Shown here: piece after piece, positions 22,429-33,533 of the stretch
Position numbering within the stretch: position 1 is the stretch's first letter
Layout: every line of letters starts with the position of its first letter
Assembly: GCA_000146045.2 (NCBI GenBank)
Contig: BK006945.2
Coordinates: 352,001-416,000, forward strand
Reading direction: 5' to 3'
Length of the DNA stretch: 64,000 bases
Origin: TPA_inf: Saccharomyces
Taxonomy: Eukaryota
The notes under the pieces: model-generated
Seen by the model: the letters and a program-made list of their open reading frames with translations, nothing else
Told to the model about the DNA's origin: nothing
The model's database searches: none
Program-made: the position numbers and the translations under genes

Positions 22429-22435
22429 TTTTTTT
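22429..22435 (+). terminator. Pol III terminator (T7) for the tRNA-Arg gene
   Basis: A run of seven T residues lies immediately 3' of the tRNA. Confidence 0.8.
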
Positions 22436-22943
22436 GCTCCGACAATTATGTCGCTACCCTTCAGTTTTGTTGAAAATGATGCTTTTATCGTTAACTTTAC
22501 TTATCTTTATTGTTTGCAAGATTACTATTAATATTAAAGAGGGTCTAGCAAGGATACTGCGATTGTTTCTAAATATTTCAACTTTCTACGTTATTCATCT
22601 TTAGGAAGCTAAAAAGCATTCAAAAGATTACTATGAAGTTAATCTTTAAACATAGTTTGATGAGCGTCTATGCAAATAGAATAACTTCAAAAAATTTTCT
22701 ATTCCATTTTTGGAAAGCCCCAAAAAGCTATATTCTATAATTTCTGAATCTTATTGTGCTTGTGGAGGTCACCCCAGTTTTCTATAAATTATTATTCAGC
22801 TATTATCCCAATACGACTAAAGGTATTGAGATTCACGGATATTTTTTCCCCTGCAACTTTCACAACTGGAGGGCTCTGTTTCTTGATTTTCTTTTTGTCA
22901 TATAAACATATCTTAGCGCGATTGCTAACAAATAGTATAGATA

Positions 22944-25238
22944 TCATAATTTTTCCTCATCCTGCACACAATTACCTATAGCAGCGTCATTCGCACCGCC
23001 CTCCTCATTGGATTTTTTAACTGTATTTCTCGTTTTAGATGAGTCTTCAACATTTCTATCGTTTTCATAAATATCAGTTTTACTGTCGGAATTTTTATTG
23101 CTCTCAGGACCACCTTCAATATCTTTATCTGCAACGGTTTCGTCCTCATTAAAATTTTCTGCATTACCCTCAAAATTCTGTTCATTTTCTTTATCATGAT
23201 CAGTGTTAATGTTCGTAACGTCTGTAAAACCATTGCTAAAATCTTGACTGTCTTCCTTATCGCCATTTTCATCGCCCTCACCGTCATCGCCATTTTCATC
23301 GCCCTCACCGTCATCGCCATTTTCATCGCCCTCACCGTCATCGTCATCGTCATCGTCCTCACTATCATCGTCATCACCACCATCATCATCATCATCCTCA
23401 GAGTCCTCATCAGTATCATCATCTTCATTGTCCTCACTATTTCCCACCTCTTCACTTTGTTGATCTGTCTCCGCATCAGGTTTATAATGTAAACCCAAGC
23501 CCATCATAGCTTTCTGTATCGCGTTCGATGTTTTACTTCTGTTTTTGAGATCTTCTGTGGATTCAGTAACATCTTCATTAGCAGTATTCTTTGGTTTATT
23601 GAAATATTCCTTCCATGAATTCCATAAGTTGGCTGCTGGCTTGTCTGTATTCTTTCCAGGATTTACAGAAATTTGGGAAACAGACTTTTTTGACTCGATG
23701 CTTTCCTGGTCTTTGATATCCTCCTCGCTTTGATGACCATTTTTATTGCTTGAAGAGTTGCTAGAGCTTCTTTTTAAATTATGAAATGTGGCCAAAAATC
23801 GTTGCTGTAATAGAGACAGAGTGTCGGCACCGTTATATATATGCTTCGGAGGAAACAAGTCGAACAATCTATCATCTGTTCTTGAGTTGAATATCAGAAA
23901 ATTTTGAGTCTCTTTCCAACTCTGAACCCAATTCAAATTGAATAAATGAACGGGATTGGAATTTAGCATATCCTCAGGTATAGTCTTCAAAGCTTGATCA
24001 TTCTCTTTATGCAGGTCCAAATAATCACTTAATTTAACACTGGAAAGTAACCCCGTTAAATAGTCCTCGAATTGCCACCTAATGAAATCCTCACTGCCTT
24101 CAAATTGAGAGTTTTTTGGAGTTTCATCATCATTTTCGTTCCATGTGTCTGATACAATTCCAGATATAGATTCAATCCATTTTTTATCATGACTTGACAA
24201 TTGGAGGACGGGGTTCAAAGTCTTGTCCAGAATATCTACAGTGGAATTGTCTGTATTGACAAATATGTGGCACAGTTCCTCCTTTTGTTCAGCAAGCAAT
24301 GTGTTGGAACTTCCAATCATAAAAAACAAAGTACGTTCTGACCGTATGTCATTCATTTGCTGCAGTGGAGTATAGGGTGAAAATAGTCCACCTTTTTCGA
24401 AAATCGGTAATGGAAAACCTAAGAATCTCAACACTGATTCTCGATTGCTTGATTTAAACGAGTCCACAACATTTAATTTCGAAATATCCTGAAACAACTG
24501 AGGACTGCCAGAATCCTGCAAATTTGACATCAAGTCCGGAATTAAGCTGATCAGACCGAACTGTAAATTACACAAAGCTTCCACGTCGTTGCCGTAAACT
24601 ATAATTTTTTTTTCAAGCATAATTGCTTTCAATAAGACTAAAGCGTTTCTCTTAAAATCATGTAGTATCTTTCTCAGACATAACCCAATATAAAGACGAT
24701 TTTCGGCATTTCTGACCAATGATGCAGGCGTGTAAATCGACTTCAGGTTTTCGTATAAAGACTGGATTATCTTCCTGTCCCCAAAATCATGCTGCAAGAA
24801 AAAAGCATTAGTCACAATACTAAGTTTGTCCTTGATTTGACCGAAGATTGGTTGCCTTGAGATGACTACAATTGCCTTCTGTACAGTAGATCGTGTTACA
24901 TCCTTATCTTTAGTGACCAATTCATCACTCTTTATCTGTCTCGAGCAAGATATGGCAAACAAAGTCGTGTTGTCATTGATGCTATCATCACTCAGATCAG
25001 TTGCCCCGTTGGGAGGGCTCCTTTGTCTTCTTTCATCATATAGTAATGTGAAATAAGTAAATGTTTCTTCAAACGAGTGAGAACCATCAGGAAGGGCCTG
25101 GAAGGGTAAATTTGGCCATAGTTCTGCACTTTGGGTGCCCTCAGGTAAGCCATACCAGTATTCTATTTCAGGGCCTCTTTTGTGATGAAAGTCCACAAGG
25201 CAGATACCGAAGATGACTGCTTCCTCGTGTTCATCCAT
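22944..25238 (-). CDS. AVL9: Late-secretory exocytic transport protein with DENN-like domains (YLR114C), 764 aa
   Basis: ATG verified (MDEHEEAVIFGICLVDFHHKRGPEIEYWYGLPEG...). The C-terminus is extremely acidic, with DDDDD runs and GDENGDDGE x3. Length matches Avl9. Confidence 0.88.
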   Translation of the reverse strand: MDEHEEAVIFGICLVDFHHKRGPEIEYWYGLPEGTQSAELWPNLPFQALPDGSHSFEETFTYFTLLYDERRQRSPPNGATDLSDDSINDNTTLFAISCSRQIKSDELVTKDKDVTRSTVQKAIVVISRQPIFGQIKDKLSIVTNAFFLQHDFGDRKIIQSLYENLKSIYTPASLVRNAENRLYIGLCLRKILHDFKRNALVLLKAIMLEKKIIVYGNDVEALCNLQFGLISLIPDLMSNLQDSGSPQLFQDISKLNVVDSFKSSNRESVLRFLGFPLPIFEKGGLFSPYTPLQQMNDIRSERTLFFMIGSSNTLLAEQKEELCHIFVNTDNSTVDILDKTLNPVLQLSSHDKKWIESISGIVSDTWNENDDETPKNSQFEGSEDFIRWQFEDYLTGLLSSVKLSDYLDLHKENDQALKTIPEDMLNSNPVHLFNLNWVQSWKETQNFLIFNSRTDDRLFDLFPPKHIYNGADTLSLLQQRFLATFHNLKRSSSNSSSNKNGHQSEEDIKDQESIESKKSVSQISVNPGKNTDKPAANLWNSWKEYFNKPKNTANEDVTESTEDLKNRSKTSNAIQKAMMGLGLHYKPDAETDQQSEEVGNSEDNEDDDTDEDSEDDDDDGGDDDDSEDDDDDDDGEGDENGDDGEGDENGDDGEGDENGDKEDSQDFSNGFTDVTNINTDHDKENEQNFEGNAENFNEDETVADKDIEGGPESNKNSDSKTDIYENDRNVEDSSKTRNTVKKSNEEGGANDAAIGNCVQDEEKL
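23259..23339. repeat. Perfect 27-bp x3 tandem repeat (coding minisatellite) inside AVL9
   Basis: The unit atcgccattttcatcgccctcaccgtc is repeated exactly three times, with a partial fourth copy. On the minus strand it encodes GDENGDDGE x3 in frame. Confidence 0.9.
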
Positions 25239-25984
25239 TATTTTGACAACAAGGTTGCAGCGAGGCAGAATGTATATGTTAGTTTGATATGGTCTTCCTG
25301 CTTGGATTCCTTTAAGGCTTCAAAATTTTCTTGAAAAGGAAACTTCGTGAATGAGCTGTAAGGATGCTTGATCGGGCCGTACATTCTTATGCAAGATCCA
25401 TTATTGACTGCTCTCTGTTGGGTTAGCTTCCATATCTTCCGTTACCCGTTCGTATAATCATTACCCGACGGACAAGCATCATTTCAGCGGCTATTTTTGC
25501 TAGGCAAACCTCCTAAGCAATGATACTTCTCAAACGTTCAATGGAAGTAATAGAAGTTCAACTTACCCCATTAATAATCCACACATTAGAAGGTTGGGAC
25601 AATAAAAATAAAAAGCATTAATTAGTGTAAACTTTGCTCCCAAATGCAAGTCTAAGGTAAGTTCTTTGGTTCATGGAGTTTTTGCAGTGTAATCTCACGT
25701 GCACTAGACTGAGTAAAGCGAACCTGAGTTCAAGAAATAATGATTCACCTATGACATATAGTCCAACTATACAAGCAATGAACCCTTACGGATTGAAGTC
25801 ATTCAATGTTCAATGTTTGTTGTAATAAGAAATATTACTAGAAAAAGATTTTTTCTTTCGGCGGCGTTTTCCCGCTTTTCTTAAACAATCTGCAGTTTTA
25901 ACATCGAATTCACGAATATTTGTTCGCTAAAGAAATAACACAGAAGATGAAATGAAGAACATACATTGAGGGCGACGAATATAT

Positions 25985-28564
25985 ATGACTTATAAATACA
26001 ATTGCTGTGATGATGGATCAGGAACCACCGTTGGTTCAGTGGTACGATTTGATAACGTCACCTTGTTAATCGATCCCGGTTGGAATCCATCTAAAGTATC
26101 GTATGAGCAATGCATCAAGTACTGGGAAAAAGTGATACCGGAAATTGATGTAATAATACTATCACAACCAACAATTGAATGTTTAGGTGCTCATTCCCTT
26201 CTGTACTATAATTTTACCTCGCATTTCATATCCAGAATTCAAGTTTACGCAACTCTTCCTGTTATCAACTTAGGGAGAGTTTCCACCATAGATTCATATG
26301 CATCTGCAGGTGTTATAGGTCCATATGACACAAATAAACTCGATCTTGAAGATATTGAGATATCTTTTGATCATATTGTACCTTTGAAGTACTCGCAATT
26401 GGTAGATCTACGATCAAGATACGATGGATTGACTTTACTGGCGTACAATGCTGGTGTGTGTCCAGGTGGTTCTATTTGGTGCATTAGCACATACTCAGAG
26501 AAATTGGTTTATGCAAAGCGATGGAACCACACTAGAGATAACATACTAAATGCTGCTTCTATATTGGACGCCACTGGTAAGCCCTTATCAACTTTGATGA
26601 GGCCCTCTGCAATAATTACTACTTTGGACAGGTTTGGCTCCTCTCAACCGTTTAAAAAACGTTCAAAAATCTTTAAAGATACATTAAAGAAAGGTTTGAG
26701 TTCGGATGGGTCCGTTATAATACCGGTAGATATGAGTGGCAAATTTCTGGACCTGTTCACACAAGTTCATGAGTTATTATTTGAAAGCACAAAGATCAAT
26801 GCGCACACACAAGTACCTGTACTTATTCTGTCTTACGCGAGAGGAAGAACTCTAACATATGCCAAATCAATGCTCGAGTGGCTGTCCCCTTCACTACTTA
26901 AGACATGGGAAAACAGAAATAATACTTCTCCATTTGAAATTGGATCACGGATCAAAATCATCGCACCAAACGAATTGAGTAAATATCCTGGTTCAAAGAT
27001 TTGCTTCGTATCTGAGGTAGGAGCTTTGATTAATGAAGTGATAATTAAAGTTGGTAATTCTGAGAAGACAACCTTGATTTTGACCAAGCCGAGCTTTGAA
27101 TGTGCGTCGTCTTTAGACAAGATACTAGAAATTGTTGAACAAGATGAAAGAAATTGGAAAACATTTCCTGAAGATGGTAAATCATTCCTCTGCGATAATT
27201 ACATTTCAATAGACACCATAAAAGAAGAACCCTTGAGTAAAGAGGAAACAGAGGCGTTTAAAGTACAGCTTAAAGAAAAGAAAAGGGACAGAAATAAGAA
27301 AATTCTACTGGTGAAAAGAGAGTCTAAGAAACTGGCTAACGGCAACGCAATCATAGATGATACCAACGGAGAGAGGGCAATGAGAAATCAAGACATTTTA
27401 GTGGAAAACGTCAATGGAGTACCACCGATTGATCATATTATGGGGGGTGACGAAGATGATGATGAAGAGGAAGAAAACGACAATTTGTTGAATTTACTCA
27501 AGGATAACTCTGAGAAATCAGCAGCGAAAAAAAATACGGAAGTTCCTGTAGACATTATAATTCAACCAAGTGCCGCTTCAAAACATAAAATGTTCCCATT
27601 TAACCCCGCTAAAATCAAGAAAGATGATTATGGTACTGTTGTAGATTTTACGATGTTTTTACCTGATGATTCTGACAATGTTAATCAAAATAGCAGGAAA
27701 AGACCTCTCAAAGACGGTGCTAAAACCACGAGCCCTGTAAACGAAGAAGATAACAAAAATGAAGAAGAAGATGGTTATAATATGAGTGATCCAATTAGCA
27801 AAAGGAGCAAACACCGTGCTTCTCGTTACTCGGGATTTTCTGGAACCGGAGAAGCAGAAAATTTTGATAACCTTGACTATTTAAAGATAGACAAAACGCT
27901 CTCCAAAAGAACAATCTCAACTGTAAATGTCCAATTGAAATGCTCCGTAGTAATCCTAAATTTACAGAGTTTAGTTGATCAAAGGTCTGCATCTATTATA
28001 TGGCCATCGCTAAAATCTAGAAAAATAGTTCTTTCCGCCCCCAAACAGATTCAAAATGAAGAAATTACGGCAAAACTTATCAAGAAAAATATTGAAGTGG
28101 TCAACATGCCATTAAATAAGATAGTGGAATTCAGTACAACAATAAAGACCCTGGATATCTCCATTGACTCCAACCTCGATAACCTTTTGAAATGGCAACG
28201 TATCAGTGATAGTTATACAGTTGCCACTGTCGTTGGCAGGCTGGTTAAGGAGAGCCTACCGCAAGTGAACAATCATCAAAAAACAGCGTCAAGGAGTAAA
28301 CTAGTCTTGAAACCATTACACGGTTCATCTAGGAGCCATAAAACAGGTGCGTTGTCAATCGGTGACGTTAGGTTAGCACAATTAAAGAAACTTCTCACAG
28401 AGAAAAACTACATTGCAGAATTTAAAGGGGAAGGTACACTTGTCATAAATGAAAAAGTAGCAGTCCGCAAAATCAATGATGCAGAAACTATTATCGATGG
28501 TACGCCTTCCGAACTTTTTGATACTGTCAAAAAATTGGTTACGGATATGTTAGCAAAAATCTAG
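25985..28564 (+). CDS. CFT2: Cleavage and polyadenylation factor CF II subunit, CPSF-100 homologue, metallo-beta-lactamase/beta-CASP fold (YLR115W), 859 aa
   Basis: ATG at 25985 (MTYKYNCCDDGSGTTVGSVVRFDNVTLLIDPGWNP...). The N-terminal region is of MBL type, and the length of 859 aa matches Cft2/Ydh1. Confidence 0.88.
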   Translation: MTYKYNCCDDGSGTTVGSVVRFDNVTLLIDPGWNPSKVSYEQCIKYWEKVIPEIDVIILSQPTIECLGAHSLLYYNFTSHFISRIQVYATLPVINLGRVSTIDSYASAGVIGPYDTNKLDLEDIEISFDHIVPLKYSQLVDLRSRYDGLTLLAYNAGVCPGGSIWCISTYSEKLVYAKRWNHTRDNILNAASILDATGKPLSTLMRPSAIITTLDRFGSSQPFKKRSKIFKDTLKKGLSSDGSVIIPVDMSGKFLDLFTQVHELLFESTKINAHTQVPVLILSYARGRTLTYAKSMLEWLSPSLLKTWENRNNTSPFEIGSRIKIIAPNELSKYPGSKICFVSEVGALINEVIIKVGNSEKTTLILTKPSFECASSLDKILEIVEQDERNWKTFPEDGKSFLCDNYISIDTIKEEPLSKEETEAFKVQLKEKKRDRNKKILLVKRESKKLANGNAIIDDTNGERAMRNQDILVENVNGVPPIDHIMGGDEDDDEEEENDNLLNLLKDNSEKSAAKKNTEVPVDIIIQPSAASKHKMFPFNPAKIKKDDYGTVVDFTMFLPDDSDNVNQNSRKRPLKDGAKTTSPVNEEDNKNEEEDGYNMSDPISKRSKHRASRYSGFSGTGEAENFDNLDYLKIDKTLSKRTISTVNVQLKCSVVILNLQSLVDQRSASIIWPSLKSRKIVLSAPKQIQNEEITAKLIKKNIEVVNMPLNKIVEFSTTIKTLDISIDSNLDNLLKWQRISDSYTVATVVGRLVKESLPQVNNHQKTASRSKLVLKPLHGSSRSHKTGALSIGDVRLAQLKKLLTEKNYIAEFKGEGTLVINEKVAVRKINDAETIIDGTPSELFDTVKKLVTDMLAKI

Positions 28565-28821
28565 CCTTCTTGTATACAGCACAAATAAAAGGTTCAATTT
28601 ACGTTCGTGGACTGCCCACAAAACAGTATGTGACATAAATTGCTGTGTATCTCGCACCGCTATTATCTGTATATAACATTCTAACTCACTTTTAACGATA
28701 TTAGCATTATTGATTTCTTTCTTTTTCTGCTGAATTTCACCAAGCGGAAATTTTCAAAGCAGAATTTTTTCCCTAATTTGCTACAAGTGCTATTCTATCC
28801 CACAATAAAAGGAAATTGTTG

Positions 28822-30252
28822 ATGAGTTTTAGAAGGATTAACTCTAGATACTTTGAAAATAGAAAAGGAAGCAGTATGGAAGAAAAAAAAGCAAAGGTTC
28901 CTCCAAACGTCAACCTTTCGTTATGGAGAAAGAACACGGTAGAAAGCGATGTCCATCGATTCAATTCTCTTCCATCAAAAATTAGTGGGGCCCTAACTAG
29001 GGAACAAATATACTCCTATCAAGTCATGTTTAGGATTCAAGAAATTACCATCAAACTGCGTACGAACGATTTTGTGCCCCCCTCCAGGAAAAATAGGTCA
29101 CCTTCTCCGCCACCAGTTTATGATGCCCAAGGTAAAAGAACGAATACCCGTGAGCAGAGGTATAGAAAGAAACTAGAGGATGAACGTATTAAACTTGTTG
29201 AGATAGCCCTAAAGACCATCCCTTACTTCGTTCCTCCGGATGATTACAAGAGACCTACCAAATTTCAGGACAAGTATTATATCCCGGTGGATCAGTATCC
29301 TGATGTCAATTTTGTTGGTTTATTATTAGGTCCTCGTGGACGTACGTTAAGAAAGCTGCAAGAAGATTCGAATTGTAAGATTGCAATTAGAGGAAGAGGT
29401 TCAGTCAAAGAAGGTAAGAATGCAAGTGACTTACCTCCAGGCGCCATGAACTTTGAGGACCCCTTGCACTGTTTAATTATCGCAGACTCGGAAGACAAGA
29501 TCCAAAAAGGTATAAAAGTTTGTCAAAACATTGTTATCAAAGCGGTGACATCTCCGGAAGGCCAGAATGACTTGAAACGAGGACAACTGAGAGAATTGGC
29601 GGAACTTAATGGTACTTTAAGAGAAGATAACAGGCCCTGTCCAATCTGTGGTTTAAAAGATCATAAAAGGTACGATTGTCCAAACAGAAAAATCCCAAAT
29701 ATACAGGGCATTGTTTGCAAAATATGTGGACAAACTGGACATTTCAGTAGAGACTGTAACTCATCGTCTCAAAGAATGAGCCGTTTTGACAGAAACGCCA
29801 CGGTAAATAATTCTGCGCCAATACAGAGCAATGACGTACACTATAATAGCAATACTCATCCAATTCAAGCACCAAAAAGATCTCGTTATGACAATAACTC
29901 GACGGAACCTCCTTTAAAATTTCCGGCTTCTTCACGTTATGCACCATCACCTTCACCTCCTGCGTCACATATTTCGAGGCAAGCTCAAAACGTGACGCCT
30001 ACACCCCCTCCCGGCCTAACATCAAGTAGCTTTAGTTCCGGAGTTCCAGGAATCGCCCCTCCCCCATTACAAAGCCCTCCAGAGTCGGAACAACCGAAAT
30101 TTTCGCTACCTCCACCTCCCGGTATGACTACGGTACAATCCTCAATTGCACCTCCTCCTGGCCTAAGCGGTCCTCCAGGGTTTTCTAATAACATGGGCAA
30201 TGACATTAACAAACCTACACCTCCGGGACTGCAAGGGCCTCCCGGATTATAA
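28822..30252 (+). CDS. MSL5: Branchpoint-binding protein BBP/SF1 (YLR116W), 476 aa; KH domain, two CCHC zinc knuckles, Pro-rich tail
   Basis: The true ATG is at 28822 ([11 protein letters not shown]...). The track ORF starts at TTG 28816. The KH region is [27 protein letters not shown]. The knuckles are [14 protein letters not shown] and [14 protein letters not shown]. The C-terminus has PPPGL repeats. Confidence 0.9.
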
Positions 30253-30470
30253 TACACTCCCATTATACAATATCTGCATTTTTTTTTATTTGTGTTGAAG
30301 GTATGTAGTCTCTATTTTGCATAGTTCCTTTTTTTGTTGGTTTTTTGCCTTCCTGGTTATTATTAACTTTTGATATTTAATTTACTTACTAGCTTATTCT
30401 ACTACTGTTTAGTTTCTACGGCCTGAACTACAATGACAAAAATATTATTTCACGATACCCTTACCTTTAT

Positions 30471-32534
30471 TCAAAGTGCCTGTTCCTGTTTCCATTTTTT
30501 GGCTAGTTCCAAGAACTTTGATGGTTTTGGCTTGTCATCATCGATATCATCAGGAAAAATGTAATCCACGAATTCTTCTTCCACACCGTTCTGTAACCTC
30601 ACTTTTTTGATTACTTTAGGGAATCTTTTCTTGACGGTTTCTTGATCGAGTTCAGTACCGTAAGTTTCTTCATAGTCTTTTAGCGCTTCCAAAATAGACA
30701 GTCTCCCTTGTTTATCATCCTTCTCCTTGAAAAAAACTATCGCCTCTTCAAAAACTTTTCTTGCCTCCAATTTATTCTCATCGGTAATTTCAAACTCTAT
30801 GTCTTCATCCACATTTTCGCTTTGCAGTTTTGCTAAATCTAATAGTTGTTGCTCCGTCGGGGTTGAAGTTTGATACATGGCGAATTCGATCCAGCTTTGG
30901 GGGGAATATTGGTTGAGCTCCAAATATCTTCTATAAAGCTTCCTTGCCTTTTCAAATTCTTGTGATTCTGTCTCAAATGTTATGTATTTTTGAAGTAATA
31001 CAATTTTAGCCTCCTTTGTTAAGAAATCAGAATTTTCATCTAGTGCAATTGTATATATACCTCTTACTCTATCCCAATCTCCTAAATTTTCTTCTAGTTC
31101 TCCATATTGTGACCAAATTTGTAGATCAGAGGGCTGAAATTCAATAAATTTCTCATATATTTTTCTCACACGATCAAATTCCTTCAACTTCACTTCCAAC
31201 TCGATATATCCTTTGAAAGTTTTAGCCTTAGGACATAAACCGATTGCTTTACCCAAAATTTTTCTCGCCTTCGGTACATCATCATGTCGTATCAGAAATT
31301 TAGCATACATTAGCCATATTTTGGAAAAAGTGAAATGTTTATGAGGGATGATGTCGTCAATTAACCTCTGAAAAAGTTCTTCTTCTAAAAGCGAATTTTC
31401 CAATTCTAACTCAACATAGCATATATATCTCATCCACAGATAAATATACCTTTTCCACTGAACATTTTTTGATAGTTCTTTTGGTCGGCTGTCCACAATA
31501 GCTTTCTCGAAAGTTTGCATTATTTGTTTGGGGAAACTTTCTGAAATGAGATCCAAGTACAGCCACCAGGTGTCATAATCATAGGCGTTATTACTCAATA
31601 TTGTTTCATACTCCATTTTCCTTTTATAGCTAATAGTTTCTTCTATTGAGTTTATGTCACCAAACTGCTTTTCAAAATCCAACAGTCCTGCCTTGAGCAA
31701 TTGATTGGAGGGCCATTTTTCTATAGCAATTTGATAAAGAGCACTAGATCTTTCGTATTCTTGCTGCGCAGCTTCCCAATGAGCAAATGAATTTACTAAT
31801 TTTGCAACCTCCATATCAGACCAAATCTGTAAATTTTGGAGGTTAGCTACTGTGTCTATCGCTAAAGAATACACACTTCTCGTAAATTCAGTATTACCAT
31901 GTCTATTTTCAAACCTCACCCACTTTAGCCATGTCTGCATTTGCGGGTGAGCCATGACGTATTTTGAGTAAATCTCTCTTACACCGTTCCAGTTTTTCTG
32001 TCTTATTTCAAAATCCACGAAAGAATTCCATGCATTAACCCCTGGCTCCAAGGAGCACCATTTGGTGTACAGTGATCGTACAATTTCAACGTTGTTTAAC
32101 GACTCTTCGACAATGAGATACTTGTACCATAACTTGTCTACTCTGGGCAACGTACTAATAGCTCTGTTCATAAGATTCCTAGCATGGTTAATACATTTGA
32201 CTTTCAGCTCAGCATCAATGTATCGTATCCAAAGGGGGATGAATGAACTATCTACTAATAATGCTCTTTCAAAGATAGATCTGGCGCGCCTCATGTCGTG
32301 TTGTTCGATTTCGAATTGCGCATAACGAATCCATTGTCCCATATCCAGTCGGTTTCTCTTCAAATAACCCTCATATTCTGTTCTCTTCCTTCGTTGATAC
32401 TCTCGAAGTTCCTCCAAGTCTAATATATCAATATTAGTCGATCCTCTTGCTTTTTGCCCCTTCTTGTACACATCCCGCAGAATCTGCTCCGCAGAAACAT
32501 GCGTATCAACGGCTGTTGGCTCTAAAGTGTCCAT
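30471..32534 (-). CDS. CLF1: Crooked-neck-like pre-mRNA splicing factor, HAT/TPR repeats (YLR117C), 687 aa
   Basis: ATG verified (MDTLEPTAVDTHVSAEQILRDVYKKGQ...). Repeated W-x2-Y-x3-E HAT-type helices run throughout. Length matches Clf1/Syf3. Confidence 0.88.
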   Translation of the reverse strand: MDTLEPTAVDTHVSAEQILRDVYKKGQKARGSTNIDILDLEELREYQRRKRTEYEGYLKRNRLDMGQWIRYAQFEIEQHDMRRARSIFERALLVDSSFIPLWIRYIDAELKVKCINHARNLMNRAISTLPRVDKLWYKYLIVEESLNNVEIVRSLYTKWCSLEPGVNAWNSFVDFEIRQKNWNGVREIYSKYVMAHPQMQTWLKWVRFENRHGNTEFTRSVYSLAIDTVANLQNLQIWSDMEVAKLVNSFAHWEAAQQEYERSSALYQIAIEKWPSNQLLKAGLLDFEKQFGDINSIEETISYKRKMEYETILSNNAYDYDTWWLYLDLISESFPKQIMQTFEKAIVDSRPKELSKNVQWKRYIYLWMRYICYVELELENSLLEEELFQRLIDDIIPHKHFTFSKIWLMYAKFLIRHDDVPKARKILGKAIGLCPKAKTFKGYIELEVKLKEFDRVRKIYEKFIEFQPSDLQIWSQYGELEENLGDWDRVRGIYTIALDENSDFLTKEAKIVLLQKYITFETESQEFEKARKLYRRYLELNQYSPQSWIEFAMYQTSTPTEQQLLDLAKLQSENVDEDIEFEITDENKLEARKVFEEAIVFFKEKDDKQGRLSILEALKDYEETYGTELDQETVKKRFPKVIKKVRLQNGVEEEFVDYIFPDDIDDDKPKPSKFLELAKKWKQEQAL

Positions 32535-32724
32535 GCTGGCAATAGTAGAGTACTTTTAGCTCAAGTTTGTCTATCTATTATGAACTTGCATAATCAATGA
32601 GTCTCATCACCCCAACTATTTGGCACCAAGGTTTTTAATTTTCTATCGCGTCTTACGGATGTATATAAATTATTTAACCAAGTATAATAGCGGTTAAATT
32701 GAACTCGCAATATTAGGAAAAGAG

Positions 32725-33408
32725 CTATGATGATAAGCTCTTCTTGATAAATGAAGCCAAGTCTTCTAATTCATCTGGAACTGTAGAATGGGCCATACCT
32801 TTGTATACTTTAAATTCATAATTTTGTATCTCACAGCTATCTTGATAGAACTGTTTTGCCTTTATACCTAGTCCAATAGGAACTACTGGATCCATGTCAC
32901 CATGCCCATGAAAAATTGGTGTCTTTACATTAATGCCATTCTTATGTTGTTTCAGAATTCCTGGGATGGAACAAAATCCCGACAGAGCTACTATACCACC
33001 GATTTTCCATGGTAAAGTAACTGATGTTGCGAGAGCTAATGCGGCACCCTGAGAGAAACCTCCGATAATAATCTGCTCCGGTTTAATTCCTTTATCAATT
33101 TCTTGCTTAACCGTCTTTTCTATGGAATTCAAAGAATTCATAAAACCGTCACTGTCAACTTTGGAAAAACTAGGATCCCATTCCAAGATGTCAAACCAAG
33201 CAGGCATCAATGCACCGCCGTTTGCTGTCACATGAAGCTCTGGAGCATTAGGAAAAACAAAATTAGTATGCTGGAAAGCGGCAGGGTCTCTCTGTTGTAA
33301 ATACTGAGCTAAAAATCCCCATCCCGAACCTGTATCACCTAATCCATGCAAGAATATGATAGTTTGGCGTGCTGGCTGAATTTTTGCTGCAACTCTAAGT
33401 CCATTCAT
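32725..33408 (-). CDS. Acyl-protein thioesterase 1, alpha/beta-hydrolase (YLR118C, Apt1p), 227 aa
   Basis: ATG verified (MNGLRVAAKIQPARQTIIFLHGLGDTGSGW...). A GFSQG nucleophile elbow (GGFSQGAALAL) and a catalytic His near the C-terminus are present. Length is 227 aa. Confidence 0.85.
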   Translation of the reverse strand: MNGLRVAAKIQPARQTIIFLHGLGDTGSGWGFLAQYLQQRDPAAFQHTNFVFPNAPELHVTANGGALMPAWFDILEWDPSFSKVDSDGFMNSLNSIEKTVKQEIDKGIKPEQIIIGGFSQGAALALATSVTLPWKIGGIVALSGFCSIPGILKQHKNGINVKTPIFHGHGDMDPVVPIGLGIKAKQFYQDSCEIQNYEFKVYKGMAHSTVPDELEDLASFIKKSLSS

Positions 33409-33533
33409 ATTCGATAGCGCTCAAATGGGCAAATATAGTGTATGTGTTCTTATTTTCGTTCTCTTTTGCTAACATTTTTATTTCATACAGAAGCCATTTT
33501 TCCCTAGAATAGGCGTTCTGAAAAGAAGGAAAT

